Assembly: GCA_963845535.1 (NCBI GenBank)
Contig: CAWJSK010000001.1
Span: 1-64,000 of the forward strand
From: an uncultured Spirochaetota bacterium
Lineage (GTDB): Bacteria > Spirochaetota > Spirochaetia > SZUA-6 > Fen-1364
Direction of reading: 5' to 3'
DNA: 64,000 nt
Shown: piece by piece, positions 41,142 to 50,635 of the stretch
Layout: every line of letters begins with the position of its first letter
Position numbering within the stretch: the stretch's first letter is position 1
The notes under the pieces: model-generated
The model's input: the letters and a program-made list of their open reading frames with translations, nothing else
Told to the model about the DNA's origin: nothing
The model's database searches: none
Program-made: the position numbers and the translations under genes

Positions 41142-41776
41142 CTCCCGGCCTCCTTCGTGCGGGTGGATGCGCGCTTGCGGTCGCCGCGCTCGATTCCGCG
41201 CAGGATCAGGTCCGTGGACAGGCGCAGTTGGGCAAGGTCCGCCATTGAGCGGTCGAACACCCACAGGAGGAGGTTCCCCTCCATGGACGCCATGATGGCG
41301 AGGGCGATCCGGCGGGAATCAACCGCGCGGAACTCTCCCGCGGCGATCCCCTGCTCGATGACCCTTTGAATACCGTCAATGAAGATCCTGAAGAACTCCT
41401 GGAAAGCCTTCTTCATGACCTTGTTTCGAAACGCAACGGAATAGAACTCGAACGTGATTGGCATGAGCCTTTCCATCAGCGCGATGTCCTTGACCATGGA
41501 CTCCGCGAACGCGACAAGACGCTCCCGCGCGGGCCCCCCGGCATCAGCAAGGGTGCGGACGCGGTTCAGCTCCGGCCGCATAAGGCGCTCCAGAAGGGCC
41601 ACGATGAGCGCGTCCTTGCTCTTGAAGTACCAGTACAGGAGCCCTTTGCTGAGACCGGTCTCCTGGACAATGTCATCCATGCGCGCGCCGCCGAACCCCT
41701 TCTTGGAAAAGACGCGCGCGGCAGCCTCCACGATCTCAGCCTTGCGCTTGTCACTGACATCAGGTCGAGGCGCCAT
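41138..41776 (-). CDS. TetR/AcrR family regulator
   Basis: IVEAAARVFSKKGF, LSKGLLYWYFKSKDAL HTH. Confidence 0.95.
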   Translation of the reverse strand: MAPRPDVSDKRKAEIVEAAARVFSKKGFGGARMDDIVQETGLSKGLLYWYFKSKDALIVALLERLMRPELNRVRTLADAGGPARERLVAFAESMVKDIALMERLMPITFEFYSVAFRNKVMKKAFQEFFRIFIDGIQRVIEQGIAAGEFRAVDSRRIALAIMASMEGNLLLWVFDRSMADLAQLRLSTDLILRGIERGDRKRASTRTKEAGR

Positions 41777-41798
41777 GTCCTTCCTCCCGTGGCATAGA

Positions 41799-41826
41799 AT
41801 AACTGGCCGACTGGTCGGTCAGTTAT
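41799..41826. promoter_or_regulatory. Palindromic TetR operator just downstream of a TTGACG-17-GATATT promoter
   Basis: ATAACTGGCCGAC-TG-GTCGGTCAGTTAT (12/13 paired) upstream of tetR. Confidence 0.8.
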
Positions 41827-41970
41827 CAATATCGCGTGAAACAGCCCGCGCGTCAAGGGAGAAAATGCCGAGACCTTTCCGCAGTTGACCCGGAACGAGG
41901 CTCTGTCCACATTGAAAGTGAGGGATATCCCCTCGAGCGTACCCCTGCCAGATGGTCCGAGGAGGTTCAC

Positions 41971-43605
41971 GTGTGCGGAGTTTGTGGAGTCATTGCGAAA
42001 GACGGAAGAAGCGACACGACCGGTCTCGTGTTGAGGATGCTCAAGGAGATGAGCCATCGGGGACCTGACAGCGCGGGGGTCTGCTGGGACGGCGGGTCCA
42101 TCACGGCCGCCAACCTGGAGGACCTGGTGCGTCGCGCCGGGGACGTGCGCGCGCCCAGGACGCTTGGGCACGCGCGGCTTCGCATCACGGGCGGGGACCG
42201 TGGTCTCCAGCCGTTTGTGGGCGGGGCGGGAAAACTCAGCCTTGTGTTCAACGGTGAGATCTACAACTTCAAGACGCTGCTCGGACTTCACCCCGGCTGG
42301 CAGAGCGACACCGATGGCGAAGTCCTCTTCCGCATGGTTTCGGAAGCATACGCCGGGGACCTTGTCGGCGCCGTCCAGAACACGGTCAGGTCGCTGGACG
42401 GAGTGTATGCATTTTCGGTGATGGACGCGCATGAGATCGTGCTTGTCCGGGACCGTCTCGGCGTCAAGCAGGTGTACTACGGGGAGAACGACGGCTTCCT
42501 GGCCTTCGCTTCGGAGCGCAAGGCTCTCTGGAGCTGCGCAATGCGAAGTCACAGGCTCAACCCGGGGGAAATCCTGCGCATGAGCCCGCGCGGCGTTGAG
42601 CGCGTACCCGGCCAACCCTTTTCGCTCCTGCCAATCACGTATACCGACGCCGCGGAGGCCCGCGCGGTGTATCGCCGTGCGATTGTGGAGGCTGTTCGCA
42701 AGCGCGTCGAGGGCCACCGCAAAGTCGGCGTTCTCTTTTCCGGCGGCGTGGATTCAGTCCTTGTCGCGCGAATTGCAATGGAGCTTTGCGCCGAGGTGAT
42801 CGGATACGCAGGCGGCGTGCCGGGGTCTCCCGACCTCACAAGCGCCGTGGAGGCTGCTCGCGCCATCGGTCTCCCTCTTCGCGTCAAGGAGCTTGACGGC
42901 CCTGCCATCGAGGAGCAGCTGCCGGAGACAATTGCGGCAATCGAGGACCGGGACCTCATGCAGGTCGAGGTGGCCATCCCCATGTATGCGGCTCTGCGGC
43001 TGGCGCGGGAGGACGGTGTTCGGGTGGTGCTGAGCGGCCAGGGAGCGGACGAGCTGTTTGGCGGCTACGAATGGTATCCCCCGATCCTGGCTGAACAGGG
43101 GGAAACGGCGCTCCTGACCTGCATGTGGAGCGACCTCGCCAATCTCTACCGGGACACACTCGAGCGTGAAGACAAGATGAGCATGGCCCATTCCATCGAG
43201 CTGCGCGTGCCCTTCCTGGACCCCGCGGTGATTGCGGAGGCAATGCAGATATCCCCGCTGCTCAAGATCGACACCACGGCCGGGTCCCAGGATCCTCTTC
43301 GCAAGCGGGTTCATCGGGACCTGGCGCTCGAGCTCGGCGTTCCGCGCTCCATTGCGTTTCGGCTGAAGGACGGGGCGCAGCATGGATCAGGCATCCACGC
43401 TGCCCTCGAAGCGGTCGCGAAAAAGCACACGCCCCGGCGCCGGCGCGCGCCCATTGTGCTGGACGAGCCGGAGCTTCGCGGAAGCGCCTTCCGCCACGGG
43501 GGGATCGACGTGCATGGAGGCCTCTACGGGTCCGAGGAAGCGCGGGCGTACGTGAACGCGGCGGCGCGCAAAGTTTTCGAGCCGCTCGTGCGCGCAATTG
43601 CCTGA
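41971..43605 (+). CDS. asnB: Asparagine synthetase (glutamine-hydrolysing) family
   Basis: GAGGAGG SD, GTG-CGVCG Ntn start, HRGPD, FNGEIYN, SGGVDS, SGQGADELFGGY, ELRVPFLD. Confidence 0.9.
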   Translation: MCGVCGVIAKDGRSDTTGLVLRMLKEMSHRGPDSAGVCWDGGSITAANLEDLVRRAGDVRAPRTLGHARLRITGGDRGLQPFVGGAGKLSLVFNGEIYNFKTLLGLHPGWQSDTDGEVLFRMVSEAYAGDLVGAVQNTVRSLDGVYAFSVMDAHEIVLVRDRLGVKQVYYGENDGFLAFASERKALWSCAMRSHRLNPGEILRMSPRGVERVPGQPFSLLPITYTDAAEARAVYRRAIVEAVRKRVEGHRKVGVLFSGGVDSVLVARIAMELCAEVIGYAGGVPGSPDLTSAVEAARAIGLPLRVKELDGPAIEEQLPETIAAIEDRDLMQVEVAIPMYAALRLAREDGVRVVLSGQGADELFGGYEWYPPILAEQGETALLTCMWSDLANLYRDTLEREDKMSMAHSIELRVPFLDPAVIAEAMQISPLLKIDTTAGSQDPLRKRVHRDLALELGVPRSIAFRLKDGAQHGSGIHAALEAVAKKHTPRRRRAPIVLDEPELRGSAFRHGGIDVHGGLYGSEEARAYVNAAARKVFEPLVRAIA

Positions 43606-43619
43606 GCGCGCCGCCGCGT

Positions 43620-44489
43620 TCAGCCGTCGGCTGCGTCGATGAGGGCCACCAGGCTGCGCAGGCGCCGAATGACAGCGTCGGGCCGCGGGAGCCCTGGGCT
43701 GCCACGCGCCGGCGCGTAGGACCGGCCGTCCAAGGCCGCAAGGACGGTCATGAAACCCGCTTTCGCCGCGGGCTCAACGTCGTTCTGCTGATCATTGCCT
43801 GCCATGAGGACTTCCTCCGGACGGAGCCCCGCCTCACGGAGCCTTTGGCGCGCAAGGTTGAAAAGGGCTTCTTCCGGCTTGGCAATTCCAAAGTCACATG
43901 AGTAAAGGCACAAGGGGCTTCCGAACCCCAGGTCTTCCAGGTCCACCCCCAGGAGCGCATGCAGGAAGAGGGGTGTGTAGAATTGCGCGTTCGAAATGAT
44001 CCCGAGAACGGTTTCACGGCGGGCAAGGGCGCGGAGAAGGCTGAGGCAGCCGGGCATCTGCCACGCGGGATGGGTGGCCAACTCGTACTCGACGATCATT
44101 CCCCGCAGCTCATCAGGCGGGCGGTCCGGGAAAAGGCCGGCCCATATGCTTTCGATGGATACCTCAGGATTCTCTTTCCCGAGCGCCCGCTGCGCGGCGT
44201 GCCGCTGGCTGATCAGAGACTGCAGGTCAGCCATCAACTTCGAGGCAGTCGTGGGCAGCCTGTGCCGCCGTGTGATGGCCTCCACCCCGCGCTGCTGCGC
44301 GGCGTGCCGCGGGTGAAGGTCACCGATGCGAATGAGAAGGGTTCCGTAGACATCGAAGAGCACCGCCCTTGGTTTCCGGGGAAGGCTGCCGAGGTCGGTC
44401 ACTCCCGTGGGGACGGCTCGAATGCGCTTCGATCCTCGCTTGATCACATCAACCAGCTCATCCATCTCGTGAGGGCTTTCGAGTCTCAT
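43620..44489 (-). CDS. HAD-family phosphatase (MggB-like candidate)
   Basis: AVLFDVYGTL, ISNAQFYT, AKP, GNDQQND; follows the glycosyltransferase. Confidence 0.8.
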   Translation of the reverse strand: MRLESPHEMDELVDVIKRGSKRIRAVPTGVTDLGSLPRKPRAVLFDVYGTLLIRIGDLHPRHAAQQRGVEAITRRHRLPTTASKLMADLQSLISQRHAAQRALGKENPEVSIESIWAGLFPDRPPDELRGMIVEYELATHPAWQMPGCLSLLRALARRETVLGIISNAQFYTPLFLHALLGVDLEDLGFGSPLCLYSCDFGIAKPEEALFNLARQRLREAGLRPEEVLMAGNDQQNDVEPAAKAGFMTVLAALDGRSYAPARGSPGLPRPDAVIRRLRSLVALIDAADG

Positions 44490-44493
44490 ACCG

Positions 44494-46005
44494 TTAGTCA
44501 AACAGCAGCCTGAGGTGATGAGCGTCGAGGAAAGCGGCTCGCATCCTTTGCTGGACTTTCGCGGGATGGGCGCCCTGCGCCTGCGCTGCCGGATGATCGA
44601 AAGATTCCAGCAGGTGATCCACCCGGGACGCGTACGCCGCAAGGCCGAAGGATTGATCCACCGCCTGGATGCGCGGCTGCGGGCGCTCGGCAAGCAGGGC
44701 TTCCAGATTTACCGCAAGGCCTTGGTTCCGCCTTTTCAGCTCGGACCGGAAGTCGGACTTTTCCGCCGCGGCCCGCAGAAGCCTCAGCTGCAAAGCCGGG
44801 TCGAGAAAGGAGAAATCCACAGCGTCAAAAGCGAAAATCCGCTGAAGCTCAGCGTTGAGCTTCCCGACAGCGTCCGCCGGGGCAAGCTTCGTCAGGCGCT
44901 TCAGCTTGGCCCCGTATCGCGTCTGCAACGCTTTTCTTTCGGCGGCCTCCACGGGGCACGGAAAGCTTGTGTAAAAATGCGCTGGATACCCGTCGTACAA
45001 ACCGTCCGAGCCCGGAGTGGTATCAAGTCGGCGAGCCAGGAGGGGAAGCCCCCACTGAAGCGCCTGCACGAAGAGATAGCCAAAACCTTCCTGAACGGAG
45101 CTGCAGACAACGATGTCGCAGGCAGCAGCCATTTGATCCACGCCCAGATCGGCCAGCCGTAGCCCGGCAGAGAGCTCGCCGGGGATGAGCCCTGAACGGA
45201 ACGCGCCCTCAACGAGGTTGCTGTACGCCCTCTCTGCGTCGGACACACCGGGGAGCGTGACAATGAGGCGCAGCGGAGCGTCCACCAGCCGAAGCATCAG
45301 GCCCGCCTCGAGGACGTTTTTTCTGCGGATGCATCGCACGGGGTACAAAAGCGTTGGATGCGCCGGATCAGAACCAGGGGAAAGCCGGGAGCGCAGCGCG
45401 CGTCTGTCCTCATGCCTGGGCGCTGTCTCCGGGCGGGCAACCGGGTTTTCCAGGAGAAAGAGGCAGGACTCCGGCAGGCCTGCCCTTTTGAGCAGCCCGA
45501 GGTCCCTGCGATTTATCAGTGCGTAACGCACGCGCGGTCCGCAAGGATACAGCGGCGCAGTAATCGACCTGTCCAATGCGCGAAGGTTGTCGTACCTGCC
45601 CGCCTCCGGGAAGTCGTGAGGCTGCAGGATCATCCGCGGCCCGTCCGCCAGAGCGGCAATGTGAAGCAGCGCCTCCGTGAGGAGCGGGTTCTTGCCCAGA
45701 TGATAGTTGTGGACCCACCAGACTGCGCCGTTGCCGCCAAAGCGCTCCAGGAGGATCTCCGCCAGGTGCCGTGCTCTTTGCTTCCAGAGAAACCGGGAGA
45801 ACGGGGGTGCAGGCGCGTAGTCGATCTCCGGCATGCAAGTGATCTGGGCACCGGGAATTGACGGCCCGTTCTCCGGCAGCCTGCCGGCCACGATCCTTAT
45901 CCGGGAAACGCGGGAGGAGTGTTTGAGAAGCGCCTCTGCGCCGAGCCTGATGACGGAGGTCACGCCGCCGGGCATGAGGTGGTGATGAAAGATCACCAGG
46001 TCCAT
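44494..46005 (-). CDS. GT-B (GT4-like) glycosyltransferase (MggA-like candidate)
   Basis: HHHLMPGGVTSVI, HNYHLGKN, HDFPEAGR, PVRCIRRKN, SVQEGFG. Confidence 0.75.
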   Translation of the reverse strand: MDLVIFHHHLMPGGVTSVIRLGAEALLKHSSRVSRIRIVAGRLPENGPSIPGAQITCMPEIDYAPAPPFSRFLWKQRARHLAEILLERFGGNGAVWWVHNYHLGKNPLLTEALLHIAALADGPRMILQPHDFPEAGRYDNLRALDRSITAPLYPCGPRVRYALINRRDLGLLKRAGLPESCLFLLENPVARPETAPRHEDRRALRSRLSPGSDPAHPTLLYPVRCIRRKNVLEAGLMLRLVDAPLRLIVTLPGVSDAERAYSNLVEGAFRSGLIPGELSAGLRLADLGVDQMAAACDIVVCSSVQEGFGYLFVQALQWGLPLLARRLDTTPGSDGLYDGYPAHFYTSFPCPVEAAERKALQTRYGAKLKRLTKLAPADAVGKLNAELQRIFAFDAVDFSFLDPALQLRLLRAAAEKSDFRSELKRRNQGLAVNLEALLAERPQPRIQAVDQSFGLAAYASRVDHLLESFDHPAAQAQGAHPAKVQQRMRAAFLDAHHLRLLFD

Positions 46006-46115
46006 GACTCTACAATAAAGGGCCTCGCCCCTTTGATGTCAATTCTCGTGCGCAATTTCCCTTGCCCTCTCGCAGGAGTGTGCCGTACTATGATTGTCGC
46101 CGGAAGGAAGGGAAG

Positions 46116-47336
46116 TTGATTTTTTCATTGAAACCTTTGAAAAATCTGGTCTCCTCGGTTGGCAGGCTGCTGCGACGCCGCAGCGTCGGTGGATCCGCCA
46201 AGGCCCCTCGTTCGGAAACCAGCCCCTATGTGAGCAGAATCCTGTCAGACGCCATCCTCCTCAACGAGATACCGTCCCCCACCGAGCGTGAGGCGGCTCG
46301 AACGGACTACATCCTGCAACGGCTCGGTGAGTTTGGCTATCAGGATGCCTCCGTGGATGATTTCGGAAACGTCACGGCGGTTGTGCCGGCTCGAGAAAGC
46401 ACCGAGGAGCACGTCCTTCTGTTCGCGGACATCCGGTGTGAGGACTACTCCCCCATCGACAGCATGACAAAGCTGGAAGCGGACCGTCTGCGCGGGACGG
46501 GAATAGCGGAGAGCTCTGTGGCCGCGGCGGCACTCCTGGTCCTTGCGGAGTACCTGGCGCGCAACGAAATCCAGTACGACCGGACCGTCGTATTTCTCTT
46601 CACTTCCTTCGACCCTGGCGAACGCGACACCCAACCGCTGGAGCGCTTCCTCCAGGATTGGAAGGATCGCGTCCGCCTTGCCGGGCACGTGCGCGGGCTC
46701 GATCTGGGCAGGATCGAGGAGCGGCCGCTGGGCACGTGCAAGCTTTCCGTGAAGGTCCACACAGAGGAGCGCGCCGGTGCCGCACATGAGCCGGTTATTT
46801 CGGCCATCTGGGTCCTCGCCATCATCGCGAGCAGGCTGGGGAGCATCCGCTGGGACGCGCAGAACGACACGTTCCTGAACATCTCCCGCATGGAGGCCGG
46901 CGTCGGCTTCGGATGGTATGCCTCCGAGGGCGTGCTCGAGCTGGAGGTCTTCTCACCAATCGCCGCCACCCTCGATGTTGCGCGAAAGGCGGTAGAGGCC
47001 ACCATTGCCGGGATTGCACAGGAGAGCGGCGCGGCGGTTGAAATCACCGTGAAAGCTTTTCTCCCCGCCGGCGACCCTGAGATCAACCAGGGTCTGACCG
47101 CGATTGTGCGGGGAGTCTACGACCGCCTCCACATCAAGCCCCGCACGGTATCCCTTCCCGGCTATGCCTCGTTTCTGAACTCCTTCGGCATCCCCGCGGT
47201 TACCCTGGGGATCACGACCGGCTCGAAGAGCTACACGGAAGAGTTCATCCATGTGCGCCCTCTGGAGATCGGATTTCGGCAGCTCCTCGCTTTTCTTGAT
47301 GACTGCGCCGGCTGGCATAACGGGGGCCGACCGTGA
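46116..47336 (+). CDS. M20/M28 peptidase-fold protein with degenerate metal site
   Basis: EIPSPTEREAAR, DDFGNV, GIPAVTLG fold markers; TTG start after GGAAGGGAAG. Confidence 0.65.
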   Translation: MIFSLKPLKNLVSSVGRLLRRRSVGGSAKAPRSETSPYVSRILSDAILLNEIPSPTEREAARTDYILQRLGEFGYQDASVDDFGNVTAVVPARESTEEHVLLFADIRCEDYSPIDSMTKLEADRLRGTGIAESSVAAAALLVLAEYLARNEIQYDRTVVFLFTSFDPGERDTQPLERFLQDWKDRVRLAGHVRGLDLGRIEERPLGTCKLSVKVHTEERAGAAHEPVISAIWVLAIIASRLGSIRWDAQNDTFLNISRMEAGVGFGWYASEGVLELEVFSPIAATLDVARKAVEATIAGIAQESGAAVEITVKAFLPAGDPEINQGLTAIVRGVYDRLHIKPRTVSLPGYASFLNSFGIPAVTLGITTGSKSYTEEFIHVRPLEIGFRQLLAFLDDCAGWHNGGRP

Positions 47337-48301
47337 GAGGAGAGCAACGGATCCTTCAAAACACGTTCCATCACAACGACTTCAAGGACATGGCCCTGCT
47401 GGTGCGCCAGAAAGAAAGCCAGAACTTGAAGATCTCACTCGCATTTCCCACGCTGAATGAGGAAGCCACCATCGGCAAGGAAGTGCTCGTGCTGAAGACG
47501 GAGTGCATGGATCGGTTTCCGCTTCTTGATGAGATTGTCGTCATCGACTCCGGCTCCAAGGACCGCACACGGGAAGCAGCCACGGAAAACGGGGCCCGGG
47601 TGTTCTCTTCCGCTGACATTCTCAAGAAATATGGCTCCTACCGCGGCAAAGGGGAAAACCTGTGGAAGAGCCTGTATGTTCTTGCGGGCGACATCATTGT
47701 CTGGATCGACGCGGACATCAGCAACATCGCCCCGAAGTTCGTCTACGGCCTGGTGGGGCCCCTCCTGCGGGACCCGCGCATCAGCTACGTGAAGGCGTTC
47801 TATGAACGGCCCTTCCGCGTTGCGGGTGAGCTCATCCCGGCCGGCGGCGGACGCGTGACGGAGATCCTTGTGCGTCCGCTGTTCTCCCTGTATTACCCTG
47901 AGCTCGCGTGCCTCGTGCAGCCTCTGAGCGGGGAGTACGCGGGACGGCGAAACCTGTTGGAACGGCTTCCCTTTTCCGTCGGATACGGAGTGGAGCTGGG
48001 GCACCTCGTGGACATCTACCACCAGGTGGGGATCGACGCGCTTGCCCAGGTCAACATGGACCGAAGAGTGCACAGGAATCAGTCCTTGCAATCCCTCGGG
48101 AAAATGTCCTTCGGGATCCTGCAGACGTTTCTCGGCAGGCTGGCGAAATATGGGGAAGGAAGGATGCCGCCCGCGGCTTCTCAGCACGTGTCGGTTTCCG
48201 TCTCAGAGCAGTCACCTTGCATAGAGCAGGTGGATATCCCCACGGAGGAGAGGCCGCCCATGATCGACGTGGAGGAATATCGGCAGAAGTTTCACCTCTA
48301 G
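47333..48301 (+). CDS. gpgS: Glucosyl-3-phosphoglycerate synthase
   Basis: PTLNEEATIG, GKGENLWKSL, IDADI, GGGRVTE, QPLSGEYA, GYGVE, RVHRNQ, ERPPM. Confidence 0.92.
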   Translation: MRGEQRILQNTFHHNDFKDMALLVRQKESQNLKISLAFPTLNEEATIGKEVLVLKTECMDRFPLLDEIVVIDSGSKDRTREAATENGARVFSSADILKKYGSYRGKGENLWKSLYVLAGDIIVWIDADISNIAPKFVYGLVGPLLRDPRISYVKAFYERPFRVAGELIPAGGGRVTEILVRPLFSLYYPELACLVQPLSGEYAGRRNLLERLPFSVGYGVELGHLVDIYHQVGIDALAQVNMDRRVHRNQSLQSLGKMSFGILQTFLGRLAKYGEGRMPPAASQHVSVSVSEQSPCIEQVDIPTEERPPMIDVEEYRQKFHL

Positions 48302-48321
48302 CAGCCCAGAAGAGGAGAAAT

Positions 48322-49515
48322 ATGGCCATCGCCGTGGCACATGTCGTCAACCTGATCGAGTTCCAGATGAGCTTCCTGCTCTTCATTGCGCTTGCCGGCT
48401 ATCTTCTGGCTTCCCGCATCAACCAGTCCGCGGTGATCGGCGAAATCCTTGTCGGGCTCATTGTGGGCCCCAGCCTGCTCGGAATAATCACATACACGGA
48501 TTTCGTCAGCAGCATCGCGCACCTGGGGGCTGTCGTCCTGCTCTTCGTTGTGGGCCTGGAGTTTCGGCTGGAGGATGTCGCCCGGCCCCGCTACGTCCTC
48601 ATTGCCGCCAGCGGGGTCGTTGTTCCCTGGATCATGGGCTACTTCGTCTCCATCCTGTCCGGATTTTCCTTCGGGAGCTCCGTGTTCATTGGCACAGCCC
48701 TGACCGCCACGAGCATAGCAATCACCGCGAACGTTCTCAGGGAGATGGGGAAGCTTCATACCGAGGCGGCGCGCGCGATCATTGGCGCCGCCGTCATCGA
48801 TGACGTCCTGAGCCTGATCGTTCTTGCCGTGGGCAACGGGGTTGTATCCGGTGACATTTCTATCCCCTCTCTTTTGGTCATTTTTGCAAAAGCGGTCGGG
48901 TTTCTGGCGGTTGGGGGGCTGGCAGGTCACTTCGGGCTGCGCAGGTTGCTTGGCCTGATCGACTCGACTCGGTTTACGCGCCGTTACCCCGAGGTGACAT
49001 TCATTTTCGCAACTATGCTCGCGTTCCTGTACGGGATGGGCGCGGAGCTGATGGGGTTGTCAGCCATCGTGGGCGCTTTTATTGCGGGCGCCTCCTTCGC
49101 AGGGGTGATCTTGCGCAACGGCAGGGATCTCTACAGAGGATCGGAATCCCTGATGATCATTTTCTCCTCCATTTTCTTCGTTTCTCTGGGAATCCTGGCG
49201 GATGTCAGAACGCTCAACGCAAAAGTTCTTGTGTTTCTCCTTGTCCTGACGGCGGTAGCGATTGCTTCGAAACTGATAGGGTGCGGCGGCGCCGCCCTTC
49301 TGAACCGCAGCTCGCTCCGCGACTCCGCCATCATCGGCTTCGGCATGGCGCCGCGGGGAGAAGTCGCAATGATCATCGGACTGATAGGACTCGACAGCGG
49401 ACTGATCAGCCAGGAGGTCTACGTGAGCATCATCCTCATGAGCCTGTTGACCACGGTCGTCACGCCTTTTGTTCTGCGGGGATGGCTGTACCGTCGCGCT
49501 GCTGGAGCCAGATGA
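48322..49515 (+). CDS. Cation:proton antiporter (CPA2)
   Basis: GEILVGLIVGP, LFVVGLE, ATSIAIT, AAVIDD, GMAPRGEV. Confidence 0.93.
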   Translation: MAIAVAHVVNLIEFQMSFLLFIALAGYLLASRINQSAVIGEILVGLIVGPSLLGIITYTDFVSSIAHLGAVVLLFVVGLEFRLEDVARPRYVLIAASGVVVPWIMGYFVSILSGFSFGSSVFIGTALTATSIAITANVLREMGKLHTEAARAIIGAAVIDDVLSLIVLAVGNGVVSGDISIPSLLVIFAKAVGFLAVGGLAGHFGLRRLLGLIDSTRFTRRYPEVTFIFATMLAFLYGMGAELMGLSAIVGAFIAGASFAGVILRNGRDLYRGSESLMIIFSSIFFVSLGILADVRTLNAKVLVFLLVLTAVAIASKLIGCGGAALLNRSSLRDSAIIGFGMAPRGEVAMIIGLIGLDSGLISQEVYVSIILMSLLTTVVTPFVLRGWLYRRAAGAR

Positions 49516-49661
49516 AGGCATGAGGCGGCAAAAAGGGTGACGCCCCAGTCGAAAAACTTCGACGAGATCGGGCAGGTAAATTCTACAGAGAAAACATCGC
49601 CATTCGATGGCGGTCCCGCGCGCCAGCCCGTACAGTTTTACAGGAAGCAAGGAGAGAGCAC

Positions 49662-50075
49662 ATGCTCCAGTTCTACCTTCTCTCCGTCGTTGCAAACCTG
49701 GTGGCCAGCCTCACCCTGGCGGGAGACTACTTTGGGGAGAGGATGCCATTCTTGAAATGCTTCGCGGAGGCGCGCTCCAGCAGGAGCGCTCGGATCACCA
49801 TCGGCGTTGCAGCGCTCGTGGTCGGGATCATCAAGCTATTTGTGCTTGCCCCCGGGGAAAACGTCATCATCCTGGGAGACTTCCTTCCCGCCGTCACCGG
49901 GATAATCCTCGGGGGGGTCTTGCTTGCGGAAATCAACCAGGGAAAGGTGGCGCAGGCCGGCGAGCCAATCCGCAAGCTTTCCCATGCGGCCTTGACCTAC
50001 CGTGTCCCCGTGGGGATTGCCGGGATCATCATTACGTTCCTGCACTTCCTTTTTCCGAACATGATGATCCTCTGA
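49662..50075 (+). CDS. Hypothetical 4-TM membrane protein (paralog 1)
   Basis: GGAG SD; highly similar to the adjacent gene. Confidence 0.8.
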   Translation: MLQFYLLSVVANLVASLTLAGDYFGERMPFLKCFAEARSSRSARITIGVAALVVGIIKLFVLAPGENVIILGDFLPAVTGIILGGVLLAEINQGKVAQAGEPIRKLSHAALTYRVPVGIAGIIITFLHFLFPNMMIL

Positions 50076-50095
50076 TTTTTTCAGGAGGTGTCCGT

Positions 50096-50509
50096 ATGGC
50101 ACAGTTCTATTTTCTGTCAATCCTGTCCAACATCGTTGCAGGGCTCACGCTGGCGGGAGATTACCTGGGAGAGAAGATCCCTTTTCTCGCGTCATTCAAG
50201 AACCTGCGGGCAAACAGGCCGGCCACGGTGACCATTGCCATCGTGACGGCAATCATCGGGCTCATCAAGCTCATTGTTCTCTCTCCGGGTGAAAGCCTTC
50301 CCGTGGTTGGGGACCTCCTTCCGGCGCTTACGGGAATTGCCCTTGGCGGCATTCTCCTTGTGGAGGCTTTTCGGCTGAAGGTGGAGAGCCAGGGAGAGTC
50401 GCTGAAGAAGATTTCCGCCACGGTGCTGACGTACCGGGTTCCCTTGGGAATTGCCGGAGTCGTGGTGGGCGTGCTCCATTTCCTGTTCCCCGGCGTTCCC
50501 GTTCTCTGA
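50096..50509 (+). CDS. Hypothetical 4-TM membrane protein (paralog 2)
   Basis: AGGAGGTG SD; QFY.LS, LTLAGDY, GD.LPA.TGI, LTYRVP.GI, LHFLFP shared with paralog 1. Confidence 0.85.
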   Translation: MAQFYFLSILSNIVAGLTLAGDYLGEKIPFLASFKNLRANRPATVTIAIVTAIIGLIKLIVLSPGESLPVVGDLLPALTGIALGGILLVEAFRLKVESQGESLKKISATVLTYRVPLGIAGVVVGVLHFLFPGVPVL

Positions 50510-50635
50510 GAGCGGGTCGCCACGCCTGGGTCGTGCACCTATAAAAAAGGCAGTTTTTGCAAGTTTTTAGACACTTTTGACGATTTTCATAGTGCTGGAA
50601 GTGACCCTTCATCAATTCGACTGACTCGGCGCGGG

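Noticed and set aside
47908..50095. Long upstream extensions of the antiporter (47908) and paralog 2 (49607) ORFs
   Set aside because: They overlap real genes in other frames; SD-led starts at 48322 and 50096 fit better
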